Below, piece after piece: positions 1 through 44,100 of a stretch of 64,000 nucleotides of DNA. Location of the stretch: assembly GCA_032718475.1 (NCBI GenBank), contig JAUCBJ010006295.1, positions 1 through 64,000 of the forward strand. The letters are read 5' to 3'. The notes beneath the pieces were generated by a model. That model saw only the letters and a list, made by a program, of their open reading frames with translations, ran no database searches and was not told the DNA's origin. How positions within the stretch are numbered: the stretch's first letter is position 1; each line of letters starts with the position of its first letter. This stretch comes from Nemertoderma westbladi (Eukaryota > Animalia > Xenacoelomorpha). The position numbers and the translations under genes are program-made.

Positions 1-2109
1 CGGCCAATATAACTAGCCATAGAATACCGTTAACTGCTCGATAACTCCGCAGCCAATATAACTAGCCATAGAATACCGTTAACTGATCGATAACTCCGCG
101 GCCAATATAACTAGCCATAGAATACCGTTAACTGCTCGATAACTCCGCAGCCAATATAACTAGCCATAGAATACCGTTAACTGCTCGATAACTCCGCGGC
201 CAATATAACTAGCCATAGAATACCGTTAACTGCTCGATAACTCCGCAGCCAATATAACTAGCCATAGAATACCGTTAACTGTTCGATAACTCCGCGGCCA
301 ATATAACTAGCCATAGAATACCGTTAACTGCTCGATAACTCCGCAGCCAATATAACTAGCCATAGAATACCGTTAACTGCTCGATAACTCCGCAGCCAAT
401 ATAACTAGCCATAGAATACCGTTAACTGCTCGATAACTCCGCGGCCAATATAACTAGCCATAGAATACCGTTAACTGCTCGATAACTCCGCGGCCAATAT
501 AACTAGCCATAGAATACCGTTAACTGCTCGATAACTCCGCAGCCAATATAACTAGCCATAGAATACCGTTAACTGATCGATAACTCCGCGGCCAATATAA
601 CTAGCCATAGAATACCGTTAACTGCTCGATAACTCCGCAGCCAATATAACTAGCCATAGAATACCGTTAACTGATCGATAACTCCGCGGCCAATATAACT
701 AGCCATAGAATACCGTTAACTGCTCGATAACTCCGCAGCCAATATAACTAGCCATAGAATACCGTTAACTGCTCGATAACTCCGCGGCCAATATAACTAG
801 CCATAGAATACCGTTAACTGATCGATAACTCCGCAGCCAATATAACTAGCCATAGAATACCGTTAACTGCTCGATAACTCCGCAGCCAATATAACTAGCC
901 ATAGAATACCGTTAACTGATCGATAACTCCGCGGCCAATATAACTAGCCATAGAATACCGTTAACTGATCGATAACTCCGCAGCCAATATAACTAGCCAT
1001 AGAATACCGTTAACTGTTCGATAACTCCGCAGCCAATATAACTAGCCATAGAATACCGTTAACTGCTCGATAACTCCGCGGCCAATATAACTAGCCATAG
1101 AATACCGTTAACTGATCGATAACTCCGCGGCCAATATAACTAGCCATAGAATACCGTTAACTGCTCGATAACTCCGCAGCCAATATAACTAGCCATAGAA
1201 TACCGTTAACTGATCGATAACTCCGCAGCCAATATAACTAGCCATAGAATACCGTTAACTGATCGATAACTCCGCAGCCAATATAACTAGCCATAGAATA
1301 CCGTTAACTGATCGATAACTCCGCAGCCAATATAACTAGCCATAGAATACCGTTAACTGTTCGATAACTCCGCAGCCAATATAACTAGCCATAGAATACC
1401 GTTAACTGTTCGATAACTCCGCAGCCAATATAACTAGCCATAGAATACCGTTAACTGTTTGATAACTCCGCAGCCAATATAACTAGCCATAGAATACCGT
1501 TAACTGTTCGATAACTCCGCAGCCAATATAACTAGCCATAGAATACCGTTAACTGTTCGATAACTCCGCGGCCAATATAACTAGCCATAGAATACCGTTA
1601 ACTGATCGATAACTCCGCAGCCAATATAACTAGCCATAGAATACCGTTAACTGTTCGATAACTCCGCAGCCAATATAACTAGCCATAGAATACCGTTAAC
1701 TGTTCGATAACTCCGCAGCCAATATAACTAGCCATAGAATACCGTTAACTGTTCGATAACTCCGCAGCCAATATAACTAGCCATAGAATACCGTTAACTG
1801 CTCGATAACTCCGTAGCCAATATAACTAGCCATAGAATACCGTTAACTGCTCGATAACTCCGCGGCCAATATAACTAGCCATAGAATACCGTTAACTGTT
1901 CGATAACTCCGCAGCCAATATAACTAGCCATAGAATACCGTTAACTGCTCGATAACTCCGCAGCCAATATAACTAGCCATAGAATACCGTTAACTGCTCG
2001 ATAACTCCGCAGCCAATATAACTAGCCATAGAATACCGTTAACTGCTCGATAACTCCGCAGCCAATATAACTAGCCATAGAATACCGTTAACTGTTCGAT
2101 AACTCCGCG
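1..2109. repeat. Tandem array, 49-bp unit, ~43 copies, runs off the left edge
   Basis: Unit C(G/A)GCCAATATAACTAGCCATAGAATACCGTTAACTG(C/A/T)TCGATAACTCCG repeated head-to-tail. Confidence 0.98.
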
Positions 2110-2526
2110 TATAAATTATTTTTATATGTTTCTGTGATATTTCCATTAATTAAATTAATTGTGTTTACTGAGCTGCCGCACATAACTTTGGTCCGTTTTT
2201 GTAAAATAATAAGTTTCGTTTGTTTTCGAGTTTCTTATAAATAAAATCTCAATAAATCGTCGAATGGCATAACAAAAAGGCACTGAGTGGCTGATGGGTG
2301 ACGCGATTCCGAATTCAAAGTTTAAAATAAATTAAAACTCTTCGTTGGAATTCCTAATTATAATTACAAACATTAACGGTAATATAATAGGCGAGTAAGT
2401 GGGGACAGGGCGAGGGGTTGGGGTAGCGCTGGTAGGTGACCAGCGCTACAGGGCGAGGGGGTGGGGTAGCGCTGGTAGCATAGATGCGGAAAATATTGGT
2501 GGAGGGAAAATCGAGACAATTATATT

Positions 2527-3271
2527 TAGGGATGTCCTGGAATCGATATTTAGAGTCCGGTCGGAACCGGAATTCAGCATGCCGGAAAATTCCGGCCAAA
2601 ATTCTGGCTTTATAATTTTTGTGAAATTAATAACTTTTTTTAAATTTCTAAAGACAAAGTTTACCAATGAGGTCAATCAGCACCTCGGGGGGGAGTTTTG
2701 GTGGGAGAGTGGCCTGGCCCAGAAGCAGGATAAGTGGGGGAGGGGTGGGGGGGGGGGTGGTACTTCGGCATTAACCCTACCTGACAAGGTCTATTTTTGG
2801 CGTTTGCGCTGGTGGATAGCCAATTGAATTGTAGGGAGAGTCAGGAAATCTCGGATTTCCCACCATACCTGGCTCAAAGATACCGATGAGTTACAAAAAA
2901 TGTCTAAAACGACCAAACCGGGCCAAATAGAATTAAATTTCATTATTTTTCCAAAACCTACAACCTTGGCCAAAAGTTCGGTTCTTGGGCTCATATCTAA
3001 CAACCGACGTTGACAAAAAACCTGGTGTATCGCGTCATTATAGTTCCTTTGGTTCAAAGGAACCCTCAGCCACTTGTCAATACGCTGCATCGTTAGCGCT
3101 ACTCTAATCATTATTTATATATAATATTGTTAATTGTTTGTACATAATTTGTGATAATAATTTCACAAACTAATTACAACTATTAAACTAGTTAGCAAAC
3201 TGGTAATTCCGGCAAAATTCCGGCCGGAACCGGAATCTGGAAAAAACCGCCGGAATTCCGGGACATCCCTA
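2527..3271. mobile_element. Non-autonomous hAT-like DNA transposon (MITE)
   Basis: Terminal inverted repeat TAGGGATGTCC...GGACATCCCTA flanked by an 8-bp direct repeat ATTATATT (2519-2526 and 3272-3279); 8-bp target duplications are typical of hAT. Confidence 0.8.
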
Positions 3272-4367
3272 ATTATATTCGTCCTCATTAACTAGAGAAT
3301 AACTTCACAGTTCATTGGCGATTAATTAATTAATTAATTAATTATGCACCTATAAATAGTTTCTAAAGTAGCTCCCAGGGCAACCGATCAATAGGAACCA
3401 ATCATCTCGTATTTCTTTATAAAATAACGACGTCGATAAGATTAGTCGTTCCCAAAACGCTTTTTTCATATAAATTTTTCCTTTAAATCAACAACTACAG
3501 GGATATTTTATAATAAATCATGAAAAACTAAAATCAATAGTAGAGCAATGTGACTAAAACTTGGCTAAAATTATTTGAATTATAAAAGTATTAATTTGAT
3601 TTTACGTGGCCAAAAAATCATTGTAACCCTCTAGGCAGACCTACCCTTATCCTAAAATAATATGTGTATCAGGGGAAATATGGTGTTGGAAAATTTAAAC
3701 CTGGGATACGTGGGTCAGGGATTCAAATCCACCACGTAGAGAATAGACTTGTATAAGCTCTGGAACTGCGCGTAGCTTAGTGGGAGAGCGTTCCCGCGGT
3801 TTGTGAGGCGATAATTTTCCGGTTCTGTTTGACACCAGCCGACGTGCTGAACCGCCTACGTGGTACTGAGATAGTGAAAGTATCGCACATCGTATACAAA
3901 TTCGTGCAAATATACGTTGCATATTATGTTGTGCAATTTTCCCTTTTATTTAAAAATATTAATTATATTTTGTAAAGGAAACAACTATATAAATCGAAAT
4001 TTTATTTATTACAAAGAGCTGGCCAATGTGAAGTATACCAGACTTTGTGCTGTTATATTTCAATTTACAGTTTACCCCCATATGAAAAATACAAGGTTTT
4101 CATTTTAAAAAAATACAGGTTATAGAAGTGCTGAATGTAACCAAAACAATAAACGAATTAGTATCCGTAGAGGTTATAAGATAGAAATAAGCACTATAAA
4201 ACACTTCATAAAGATAAATTTAAAAAAAATATAAATTCTTCCTAATGAAACATTTCAATAAAATTTCCACTAAGAAGTGAAAACCTGGTATTAAACTCCA
4301 ACAAACTGTAGACCCTGATCTATACTCTCATACTGTACTGGATATTAATAACCATCTGCTTCCCTAC

Positions 4368-35843
<31,476 letters not shown>

Positions 35844-36053
35844 TGTGAAAAGTGGATTTAATAACACTAGGCCTACTCTATATTAATTAAATATAAGAGA
35901 TTTGTTTATGTTTAAGTTAACTATAATTTCTACTCTTGGAACTATAATCCAGATTATATAGTAAGTTAATTTAATCCTCAGTCTGACAGTTCTAATGTAG
36001 TATAGGCAGGTAGAAATGCCATAAGTTATTGCCAGCTGACTTTTGTTTCTTCC

Positions 36054-36066
36054 GTTACTAGGTAAC
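36054..36066. promoter_or_regulatory. RFX X-box-like motif upstream of LRRC71
   Basis: GTTACTAGGTAAC, about 210 bp 5' of the ATG; X-boxes are typical of ciliary gene promoters. Confidence 0.55.
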
Positions 36067-36171
36067 CAGCTCTCTCAGCTGATTCGCAGTGTGGGATGGT
36101 GTGGAGAATTAATATTCGAGGTAATGTTAATGTACACCATGTCCATTTTTTGGGATAGTAGCCGCAAAGCC

Positions 36172-37965
36172 TGTTTCTGAAACTTGTTGCTGGACCTCCT
36201 CACACACAGAAACTTATTGCTGAAGAAAATAACAATTATTTCAATATAAATAGCTAGCTAGCATGTAGCATGTCCAGTCATTTATATATAATATCAAATC
36301 ACTCAAAGTATCGAATATTAGCTAGTATACAAATTGCATGTAATAAAAGTTTTAAAAACAGTTGCTGGGAATAATAACTTTCAGCAACTTGTTGCTGGAC
36401 TCCTCACACACAGAAACAAGTTTCGGAAACAAGTTGCAGCAACTTGTTGCTGGACCCCTCACACACTGAAACAAGTTCGGAAACAAGTAGCAGCAACTTG
36501 TTGCTGGACTCCTCACACACAGAAACAAGTTTCTGAAACAAGTTGCAGCAAGTTGTTGCTGGACCCCTCACACACAGAAACAAGTTTCTGAAACAAGTTG
36601 CAGCAACTTGTTGCTGGACTCCCTCACACACAGAAACAAGTTTCGGAAACAAGTTGCAGTAACTTGTTGTTGGACTCCTCACACACAGAAACAAGTTCGG
36701 AAACAAGTTGCAGCAACTTGTTGCTGGACTCCTCACACACAGAAACAAGTTTCGGAAACAAGTTGCAGCAAGTTGTTGCTGGACCCCTCACACACAGAAA
36801 CAAGTTTCTGAAACAAGTTGCAGCAACTTGTTGCTGGACTCCCTCACACACAGAAACAAGTTTCGGAAACAAGTTGCAGTAACTTGTTGTTGGACTCCTC
36901 ACACACAGAAACAAGTTCGGAAACAAGTTGCAGCAACTTGTTGCTGGACTCCTCACACACAGAAACAAGTTTCGGAAAGAAGTTGCAGCAACTTGTTGTT
37001 GGACTCCTCACACACAGAAACAAGTTGCAGCAACTTGTTGCTGGACTCCTCACACACAGAAACAAGTTCGGAAACAAGTTGCAGCAACTTGTTGCTGGAC
37101 TCCTCACACACAGAAATAAGTTTCGGAAACAAATTGCAGCAACTTGTTGCTGGACCCCTCACACACTGAAACAAGTTTCTGAAACAAGTTGCAGCAACTT
37201 GTTGCTGGACCCCTCACACACAGAAACTAGTTTCTGAAACAAGTTGCAGCAACTTGTTGCTGGACTCCCTCACACACAGAAACAAGTTTCGGAAACAAGT
37301 TGCAGTAACTTGTTACTCAACTCCTCACACACAGAAACAAGTTCGGAAACAAGTAGCAGCAACTTGTTGCTGGACTCCTCACACACAGAAACAAGTTTCT
37401 GAAACAAGTTGCAGCAACCTGTTGCTGGACCCCTCACACACAGAAACAAGTTGCAGCAATATGTTGCTGGACTCACTCACACACAGAAACAAGTTTCGGA
37501 AACAAGTTGCAGTAACTTGTTGCTGGACTCCTCACACACAGAAACAAGTTCGGAAACAAGTTGCAGCAACTTGTTGCTGGACTCCTCACACACAGAAACA
37601 AGTTTCGGAAACAAGTTGCAGCAACTTGTTGTTGGACTCCTCACACACAGAAACAAGTTGCAGCAACTTGTTGCTGGACTCCTCACACACAGAAACAAGT
37701 TCGGAAACAAGTTGCAGCAACTTGTTGCTGGACTCCTCACACACAGAAACAAGTTTCGGAAACAAGTTGCAGCAACTTGTTGCTGGACTCCTCACACACA
37801 GAAACAAGTTTCGGAAACAAGTTGCAGCAACTTGTTGCTGGACTCCTCACACACAGAAACAAGTTTCGGAAACAAGTTTCGGAAACAAGTTGCAGCAAAA
37901 CGTTTCTGTGTGTGAGGGGTCCAGCAACAAGTTTCAGAAACAAGTTGTTCCGTGTGAGAGGGACC
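36172..37965. mobile_element. Non-autonomous DNA element (Harbinger-like end) holding a ~55-bp internal tandem array (36385-37897, ~28 copies)
   Basis: 36172-36215 is approximately the reverse complement of 37902-37945; right terminus GTGTGAGAGGGACC followed by TTA; the unit contains the near-palindrome AACAAGTTGCAGCAACTTGTT. Confidence 0.7.
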
Positions 37966-38329
37966 TTACGCGAAGTTTAAAGTCATTACTGCAAGGGAGT
38001 TTCCGTGGGGGGGGGGGGGGGGGGGGATTTTTACCATCTTTCCTATGTTCTTCGACAATCTCACATTCAATATATTGTATTCTAAATGAAAAAACACAAT
38101 AATAACATACACAAGACAGTCTGCTTATGTAATGTAGGTATGCTACCGGTTATTTCAAAATTTAATTAAATTTCTTCAAAATGCAGTGCAATTATTTATA
38201 ACGTGATTTTATTTTTTTCTTTAACTACAGTAACACCGGTAGCCTACCTACATTACATAAGCAGAGGGTACCGCCGGTACATCCTTAGTTACAGTCACAA
38301 GCACAGGTACGGATTACGTTCAGATTTGA

Positions 38330-38452
38330 ATTTACTTTTTTTTTCTCATTTTGTCAGCAAAGTTGAAGGTCCAGCTGCATTGGGAGGGCCACCCCCTCCC
38401 AATGCAGCTGGACCTTCAACTTTGCTGACAAAATGAGAAAAAAAAAGTAAAT
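38330..38452. repeat. Perfect inverted repeat, 59-bp arms with a 5-nt loop
   Basis: ATTTAC(T)9CTCATTTTGTCAGCAAAGTTGAAGGTCCAGCTGCATTGGGAGGG, loop CCACC, then the exact reverse complement. Confidence 0.95.
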
Positions 38453-38467
38453 GGCATGTTGGTGTAC

Positions 38468-40060
38468 GCGGCCGAACCATTCCTGTCCAACCCACCACCG
38501 AACCACCCCTTCGCGGCCGAGCCATTATTCCTACCCAACCCTCCACCGAACCACCCCTTCGCGGCCGAGCCATTCCTACCCAACCCACCACCGAACCACC
38601 CCTTTGCGGCCGAGCCATTCCTACCCAACCCGCCACCGAACCACCCATTCGCGGCCGAACCATTCCTACCCAACCCACCACCGAACCATTCCTATCCAAC
38701 CCACCACCGAACCACCCCTTCACAGCCGAACCTTTCCTAACCAACCCACCACCGAACCACCCCTTCGCGGCCGAACCATTCCTACCCAACCCACCACCGA
38801 ACCACCCCTACGAAGCCGAACCATTCCTACCTAACCCACCACCGAACCATTCCTACCCAACCCACCACCGAACCACCCCTTCACAGCCGAACCATTCCTA
38901 CCCAACCCACCAGCGAACCACCCCTTCGCGGCCGAACCATTCCTACCCAACCCACCACCGAACCATTCCTACCCAACCCACCACCGAACCACCCCTTCAC
39001 AGCCGAACCATTCCTACCCAACTCACCACCGAACCACCCATTCACGGCCGAACCATTCCTACCCAACTCGCCACCGAACCACACCTTCGCGGCCGAACCA
39101 TCCCTACCCAACCCACCACCGAACCATTCCTACCCAACCCGCCACCGAACCACCCCTTCGCGGCCGAACCATTCCTACCTAACCCACCACCGAACCACCC
39201 CTTCGCGGCCGAACCATTCCTACCCAACCCACCACCGAACCATTCCTACCCAACCCACCACCGAACCACCCCTTCACAGCCGAACCATGCCTACCCAACC
39301 CACCAGCGAACCACCCCTTCGCGGCCGAACCATTCCTACCCAACTCACCACCGAACCACCCATTCACGGCCGAACCATTCCTACCCAACTCGCCACCGAA
39401 CCACACCTTCGCGGCCGAACCATCCCTACCCAACCCACCACCGAACCATTCCTACCCAACTCACCACCGAACCACCCCTTCGCGGCCGAACCATTCCTAC
39501 CCAACTCACCACCGAACCACCCCTTCACGGTCGAACCATTCCTACCCAACTCACCACCGAACCACCCCTTCGCGGCCGAACCATTCCTACCCAACTCACC
39601 ACCGAACCACCCCTTCACGGTCGAACCATTCCTACCAAACGGACCACCGAACCACCCCTTCACGGCCGAACCATTCCTACCCAACCCACCACTGAACCAC
39701 CCCTTCACGGCCGAACCATTCTTAACCAACCCACCACCGAACCACCCCTTCGCGGCTGAACCATTCCTACCCAAACCCACCACCGAACCACCCCTTCACG
39801 GCCGAACCATTCCTACCCAACCCACCACAGAACCACCCCTTCACGGCCGAACCATTCCTACCCAACCCACCACCGAACCACCCCTTTACGGCCGAACCAT
39901 TCCTACCCAACCCACCACCGAATCACCCCTTCGCGGCTGAACCATTCCTACCCAACCCACCACCGAACCACCCCTACACGGCCGAACCATTCCTACACAA
40001 CTCACCACCGAACCACCCCTTCGCGGCTGAACCATTCCAACCCACCCCTCCACCGAACCA
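38468..40060. repeat. Tandem array, ~45-bp C-rich unit with truncated subunits
   Basis: Unit CCTACCCAACCCACCACCGAACCACCCCTTCGCGGCCGAACCATT. Confidence 0.95.
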
Positions 40061-40810
40061 AATGCCATACGCGGGCGATGACTGGCTAATTCAAGAGAAA
40101 AACGTTGTCTCCATCGATATTGCACAAGTTAGGCCTACACAGCAGTTATTCTTCAACCTAAGGCCGCGTTCACACTACCAAGTCAAAGTCAAAAGACAAA
40201 ATCTAAAATCTAAAACATATGACATGAAATTAATTTTTTCTAGAATACCCTTATGTATTATAATAGGCCTATCTCGGTATCCCGTTTTTCGCACTATTGC
40301 ATTTTTTGGCGGGATCCCGGTTTTTGGGAACGGGATCCCGTTTAAACACTAGTCTATTCCCAACCAATTTTAAACTATTATTTATCAATCATTCCTTTAC
40401 ATGGCTCGGCGGCTTTAAGTTTAACTAGAATCCCACATAATTTCCGTTCCGAAATATCCATTAAAACGAACATTTATGGTGAGAAAATTGTTACTTTTTC
40501 GGGGTGTTTGCAATTATAATTCCTATTTTCTCGTTTTATAGAACATTTGGTGTTCGGTAAATTTGTAGGTTGAAATAATTGCATTAAATACATCATAATC
40601 CAACCGGCCCAACATGCACTGAACCTCGGCCTGCTAATAAACCCTAATAATGCTAGTATTCTAAGTTTCGTTCACTTACATGGCTCGCTCCACCATCCAC
40701 GCCTTTAATATAAGACAAACCTTATGTATCAAATAGTAATCGTTAATGTTACTGGAATTTAATTAGCGTATTTGTGCCAGTCAATCGACGGTGAATGTTT
40801 GTTCCTTGTG

Positions 40811-40824
40811 GTTACCATGCCAAC
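40811..40824. promoter_or_regulatory. RFX X-box-like motif upstream of SPATA48
   Basis: GTTACCATGCCAAC (one mismatch to consensus), about 180 bp 5' of the ATG. Confidence 0.5.
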
Positions 40825-41001
40825 ATTCAACACATTGTCTCTAATAATGACAAACTATTATTTCTGCCATCTCAGCCAAAAAGTCATATTAATTGCGCAT
40901 TTTGGGCATTAAAGTTTGGAAATGTAATTTTCTTATTGTATGAATTGATATATTTATTAGTTGTGTATGATATTTATTTACATTCCGAGTACAGAACCAC
41001 C

Positions 41002-41102
41002 ATGGTGCAGTTTGATAATATAGTTTATCAGCCCCGCCAATACAGAGGGTTACAAAATGAGATGCAATGTCTGCAGAGAAGGCGCCAATTGAGACAATTA
41101 AG
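41002..41102 (+). CDS. SPATA48: SPATA48 exon 1
   Basis: ACCATGG start; MVQFDNIV...RQL|gtgaat; phase 2. Confidence 0.7.
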
Positions 41103-44100
41103 GTGAATTATAATAAACTATGTCTTTTAATGATTTAGTTAATTGTATTTATTGAATTAAAAAATTGTTTAATTTACAAATGTACAAATTAAATATTTCA
41201 TACAAATAGTTTACATTGTCCGTATAATGATATATTTTTTACCGGTAAATTTCTTACATAATATTAAGTAATTTAAACAGGACTAAAAAGGATGATCAAA
41301 TTCTGGAGCAAATTGAGCGTTTGCCTCCATATTGTAGTGGTCAGCACAACTGAACACTTATCTGGATACCCGGGTTCAATCCCAGCTGGTCGCGCATTTA
41401 TTCGTCTCTCAATTTGCAGTAGAGTTTGATCATCGTACATCCTGTTTATGTTACTAAATAATTTATACAATCTGGATGTTTTTCATTATTTTCTAGATTT
41501 CCGGTTTTGAGGGGCGACTATGATCAGCCGAAGCGGTTCACAGACCGACAGAGAGGGGCGTTTATACGGCTACCGTCCAGCGCACCGCATAGAGACGATC
41601 CAGGTAGGTAGCAACCAATATAGACAACCCAGGTATGTAGCAACGAGACGAACCAGGTAGGTAACAACCAATAGAGACAACCCAGGTGGGTAGCAACCAA
41701 TAGAGACGATCCAGGTAGGTAGCAACCAATAGAGACAACCCAGGTAGGTAGCAACCTATAGAGACAACCCAGGTAGGTAGGTACCAATAATAGAGACGAT
41801 CCTGGTAGGTAGCAACCAATAGAGACGACCCAGGTAGGTAGCAACCAATAGAGACAACCCAGGTAGGTAGCAACCAATAGAGACGACCCAGGTAGGTAGC
41901 AACCAATAGAGACGACCCTGGTAGGTAGCAACCAATAGAGACGACCCTGGTAGGTAGCAACCAATAGAGACGACCCTGGTAGGTAGCAACCAATAGAGAC
42001 GACCCTGGTAGGTAGCAACCAATAGAGACGACCCTGGTAGGTAGCAACCAATAGAGACGACCCTGGTAGGTAGCAACCAATAGAGACGACCCTGGTAGGT
42101 AGCAACCAATAGAGACGACCCTGGTAGGTAGCAACCAATAGAGACGACCCTGGTAGGTAGCAACCAATAGAGACGACCCTGGTAGGTAGCAACCAATAGA
42201 GACGACCCTGGTAGGTAGCAACCAATAGAGACGACCCTGGTAGGTAGCAACCAATAGAGACGACCCTGGTAGGTAGCAACCAATAGAGACGACCCTGGTA
42301 GGTAGCAACCAATAGAGACGACCCTGGTAGGTAGCAACCAATAGAGACGACCCTGGTAGGTAGCAACCAATAGAGACGACCCTGGTAGGTAGCAACCAAT
42401 AGAGACGACCCTGGTAGGTAGCAACCAATAGAGACGACCCTGGTAGGTAGCAACCAATAGAGACGACCCTGGTAGGTAGCAACCAATAGAGACGACCCTG
42501 GTAGGTAGCAACCAATAGAGACGACCCTGGTAGGTAGCAACCAATAGAGACGACCCTGGTAGGTAGCAACCAATAGAGACGACCCTGGTAGGTAGCAACC
42601 AATAGAGACGACCCAGGTAGGTAGCAACCAATAGAGACGACCCAGGTAGGTAGCAACCAATAGAGACGACCCAGGTAGGTAGCAACCAATAGAGACGACC
42701 CTGGTAGGTAGCAACCAATAGAGACGACCCTGGTAGGTAGCAACCAATAGAGACGACCCTGGTAGGTAGCAACCAATAGAGACGACCCTGGTAGGTAGCA
42801 ACCAATAGAGACGACCCAGGTAGGTAGCAACCAATAGAGACGACCCAGGTAGGTAGCAACCAATAGAGACGACCCAGGTAGGTAGCAACCAATAGAGACG
42901 ACCCTGGTAGGTAGCAACCAATAGAGACGACCCTGGTAGGTAGCAACCAATAGAGACGACCCTGGTAGGTAGCAACCAATAGAGACGACCCAGGTAGGTA
43001 GCAACCAATAGAGACGACCCTGGTAGGTAGCAACCAATAGAGACGACCCTGGTAGGTAGCAACCAATAGAGACGACCCTGGTAGGTAGCAACCAATAGAG
43101 ACGACCCTGGTAGGTAGCAACCAATAGAGACGACCCAGGTAGGTAGCAACCAATAGAGACGACCCAGGTAGGTAGCAACCAATAGAGACGACCCAGGTAG
43201 GTAGCAACCAATAGAGACGACCCTGGTAGGTAGCAACCAATAGAGACGACCCTGGTAGGTAGCAACCAATAGAGACGACCCTGGTAGGTAGCAACCAATA
43301 GAGACGACCCTGGTAGGTAGCAACCAATAGAGACGACCCTGGTAGGTAGCAACCAATAGAGACGACCCTGGTAGGTAGCAACCAATAGAGACGACCCTGG
43401 TAGGTAGCAACCAATAGAGACGACCCTGGTAGGTAGCAACCAATAGAGACGACCCTGGTAGGTAGCAACCAATAGAGACGACCCAGGTAGGTAGCAACCA
43501 ATAGAGACGACCCAGGTAGGTAGCAACCAATAGAGACGACCCTGGTAGGTAGCAACCAATAGAGACGACCCAGGTAGGTAGCAACCAATAGAGACGACCC
43601 TGGTAGGTAGCAACCAATAGAGACGACCCAGGTAGGTAGCAACCAATAGAGACGACCCAGGTAGGTAGCAACCAATAGAGACGACCCAGGTAGGTAGCAA
43701 CCAATAGAGACGACCCAGGTAGGTAGCAACCAATAGAGACGACCCTGGTAGGTAGCAACCAATAGAGACGACCCTGGTAGGTAGCAACCAATAGAGACGA
43801 CCCTGGTAGGTAGCAACCAATAGAGACGACCCTGGTAGGTAGCAACCAATAGAGACGACCCTGGTAGGTAGCAACCAATAGAGACGACCCAGGTAGGTAG
43901 CAACCAATAGAGACGACCCAGGTAGGTAGCAACCAATAGAGACGACCCTGGTAGGTAGCAACCAATAGAGACGACCCTGGTAGGTAGCAACCAATAGAGA
44001 CGACCCAGGTAGGTAGCAACCAATAGAGACGACCCTGGTAGGTAGCAACCAATAGAGACGACCCTGGTAGGTAGCAACCAATAGAGACGACCCAGGTAGG

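Noticed and set aside
3700-3866. LRRC71 exon 8 candidate
   Set aside because: In the required phase it stops after about 29 codons and lacks the conserved C-terminal LRR region; it also has tRNA/SINE-like boxes on the plus strand
36334-40125. Many short ORFs in the 55-bp and 45-bp arrays
   Set aside because: Repeat translations on both strands with no splice or homology support
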